Position numbers and translations under genes: made by a program. DNA of 32,000 bases from Candidatus Nanosynbacter sp. BB002 (GTDB lineage Bacteria > Patescibacteriota > Saccharimonadia > Saccharimonadales > Saccharimonadaceae): NCBI RefSeq assembly GCF_037013405.1, contig NZ_CP146064.1, positions 1-32,000 of the forward strand, in the 5' to 3' direction. Positions 31,597 to 32,000 of this stretch are shown one piece after another. The notes under the pieces were generated by a model. The model was not told where the DNA came from. It saw only the letters and a list, made by a program, of their open reading frames with translations, and ran no database searches. Numbering within the stretch: position 1 is the first letter of the stretch; the number at the start of each line of letters is the position of its first letter.

Positions 31597-31623
31597 TTAG
31601 CACTCACCCTTGACGAGTGCTAA
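31597..31623. promoter_or_regulatory. CIRCE operator (HrcA binding site), perfect consensus
   Basis: TTAGCACTC-ACCCTTGAC-GAGTGCTAA equals the consensus TTAGCACTC-N9-GAGTGCTAA. Lies 48 nt upstream of the groES ATG. Confidence 0.92.
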
Positions 31624-31639
31624 CGTGGTGCGATACAAT
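31610..31639 (+). promoter_or_regulatory. Candidate groESL promoter (TTGACG-18 nt-TACAAT) overlapping CIRCE
   Basis: The -35 lies inside the CIRCE spacer and right arm. -10 TACAAT at 31634-31639. Confidence 0.5.
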
Positions 31640-31670
31640 AAGATGTATTGTTAACGAAATGGAGGATATT

Positions 31671-31937
31671 ATGAGTGTACCTATTGAGCCTCTCGGTGAC
31701 CGCGTGGTAGCGGTGCGCGAGGAGGCGAAGACGCAGACGGCTAGCGGACTGTATTTGCCGGATAGCTCGAAGGAGAAGCCAGTGGTTGCTGAGGTTAAAG
31801 CGGTCGGCGGCGATGTCAAGAATGTGAAGGTGGGCGACAAAATTGTTTATAAGGAATATTCGACTACGGACTTGAAAATTGACGGCACGGAATATTTGAT
31901 CGTCCGCGAGGAAGATATTTTAGCAACGGTTGTTTGA
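31671..31937 (+). CDS. groES: Co-chaperonin GroES
   Basis: Start MSVPIEPLGDRVV has SD GGAGGA 5 nt upstream. The upstream GTG extension of the ORF (31617) overlaps CIRCE. Family pattern GLYLPDSSKEKP...VGDKIVY. Confidence 0.93.
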   Translation: MSVPIEPLGDRVVAVREEAKTQTASGLYLPDSSKEKPVVAEVKAVGGDVKNVKVGDKIVYKEYSTTDLKIDGTEYLIVREEDILATVV

Positions 31938-31956
31938 GAAAAGGGGAGTTTACGTT

Positions 31957-32000
31957 ATGGCAAAAAAAGTATTTTACGATGACGATGCGCGCGCTCGCGT
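31957..32000 (+). CDS. groEL: Chaperonin GroEL (5' fragment, truncated by the window end)
   Basis: ATG at 31957 after SD AAGGGGAG. MAKKVFYDDDARAR is GroEL-like. Position is directly after groES. Confidence 0.8.
   Translation, partial: MAKKVFYDDDARAR

Noticed and set aside
31604-31840. 78-aa minus-strand ORF, and the GTG-extended groES ORF start at 31617.
   Set aside because: The first is antisense to groES. The second overlaps CIRCE and the promoter. The SD-preceded ATG at 31671 gives a canonical GroES N-terminus.
1-32000. CRISPR arrays, IS elements, rRNA genes and toxin-antitoxin pairs.
   Set aside because: I found no regularly spaced direct repeats, transposase-like ORFs, rRNA-like sequence or small overlapping two-gene cassettes.
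1-32000. Alternative genetic code (UGA recoding, as in some CPR lineages).
   Set aside because: TGA ends family-length ORFs, for example the M15 protein at 4680-4682 and pilin P1 at 19114-19116. All recognised proteins are full length under the standard code.

Overview
The window starts at dnaA (position 1), followed by a DnaA-box cluster and dnaN, so it is the replication-origin region of a compact, gene-dense chromosome. Standard genetic code is supported, because TGA is used as a stop. Intergenic regions are tiny and many stop/start codons overlap. About 18 kb next to the origin (2710-20678, plus a distal paralog at 23819-24220) is a Gram-positive-type type IV secretion (T4SS)-like locus. 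On the minus strand it encodes a Tat/lipobox lipoprotein, two giant tandem VirB6-like polytopic membrane paralogs, a PrgI/VirB3-like protein, an apparently split VirB4 ATPase, two cell-wall hydrolase proteins carrying three catalytic domain types, and a PEGA-like membrane protein. On the plus strand, divergent from this, are five tandem VirB2/TrbC-like pilin paralogs. No relaxase, VirD4 coupling protein, VirB11, integrase or att-like repeat is visible, so it looks like a chromosomal, non-conjugative apparatus. Gene content and architecture suggest a reduced-genome Saccharibacteria/Patescibacteria (CPR)-like epibiont. That taxonomic call is inference and was not verified by any search. The rest of the window contains hsp20, comF, rlmH, and a tRNA island (Asp-GTC, Ser-CGA, Arg-GCG, Ser-GCT, Ser-TGA). 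Most of these tRNAs have their own extended -10 promoter and terminator. It also holds several small unknown proteins, valS with a long structured leader, tsaD, N-terminally short murE and murF, and a perfect CIRCE operator before groES-groEL (groEL is cut by the window end). A recurring signal is an (extended) -10 box placed 6-11 nt before ATG with no Shine-Dalgarno, which suggests many leaderless mRNAs. CDS coordinates follow the ORF track. Small-feature coordinates were hand-counted and may be off by 1-2 nt.
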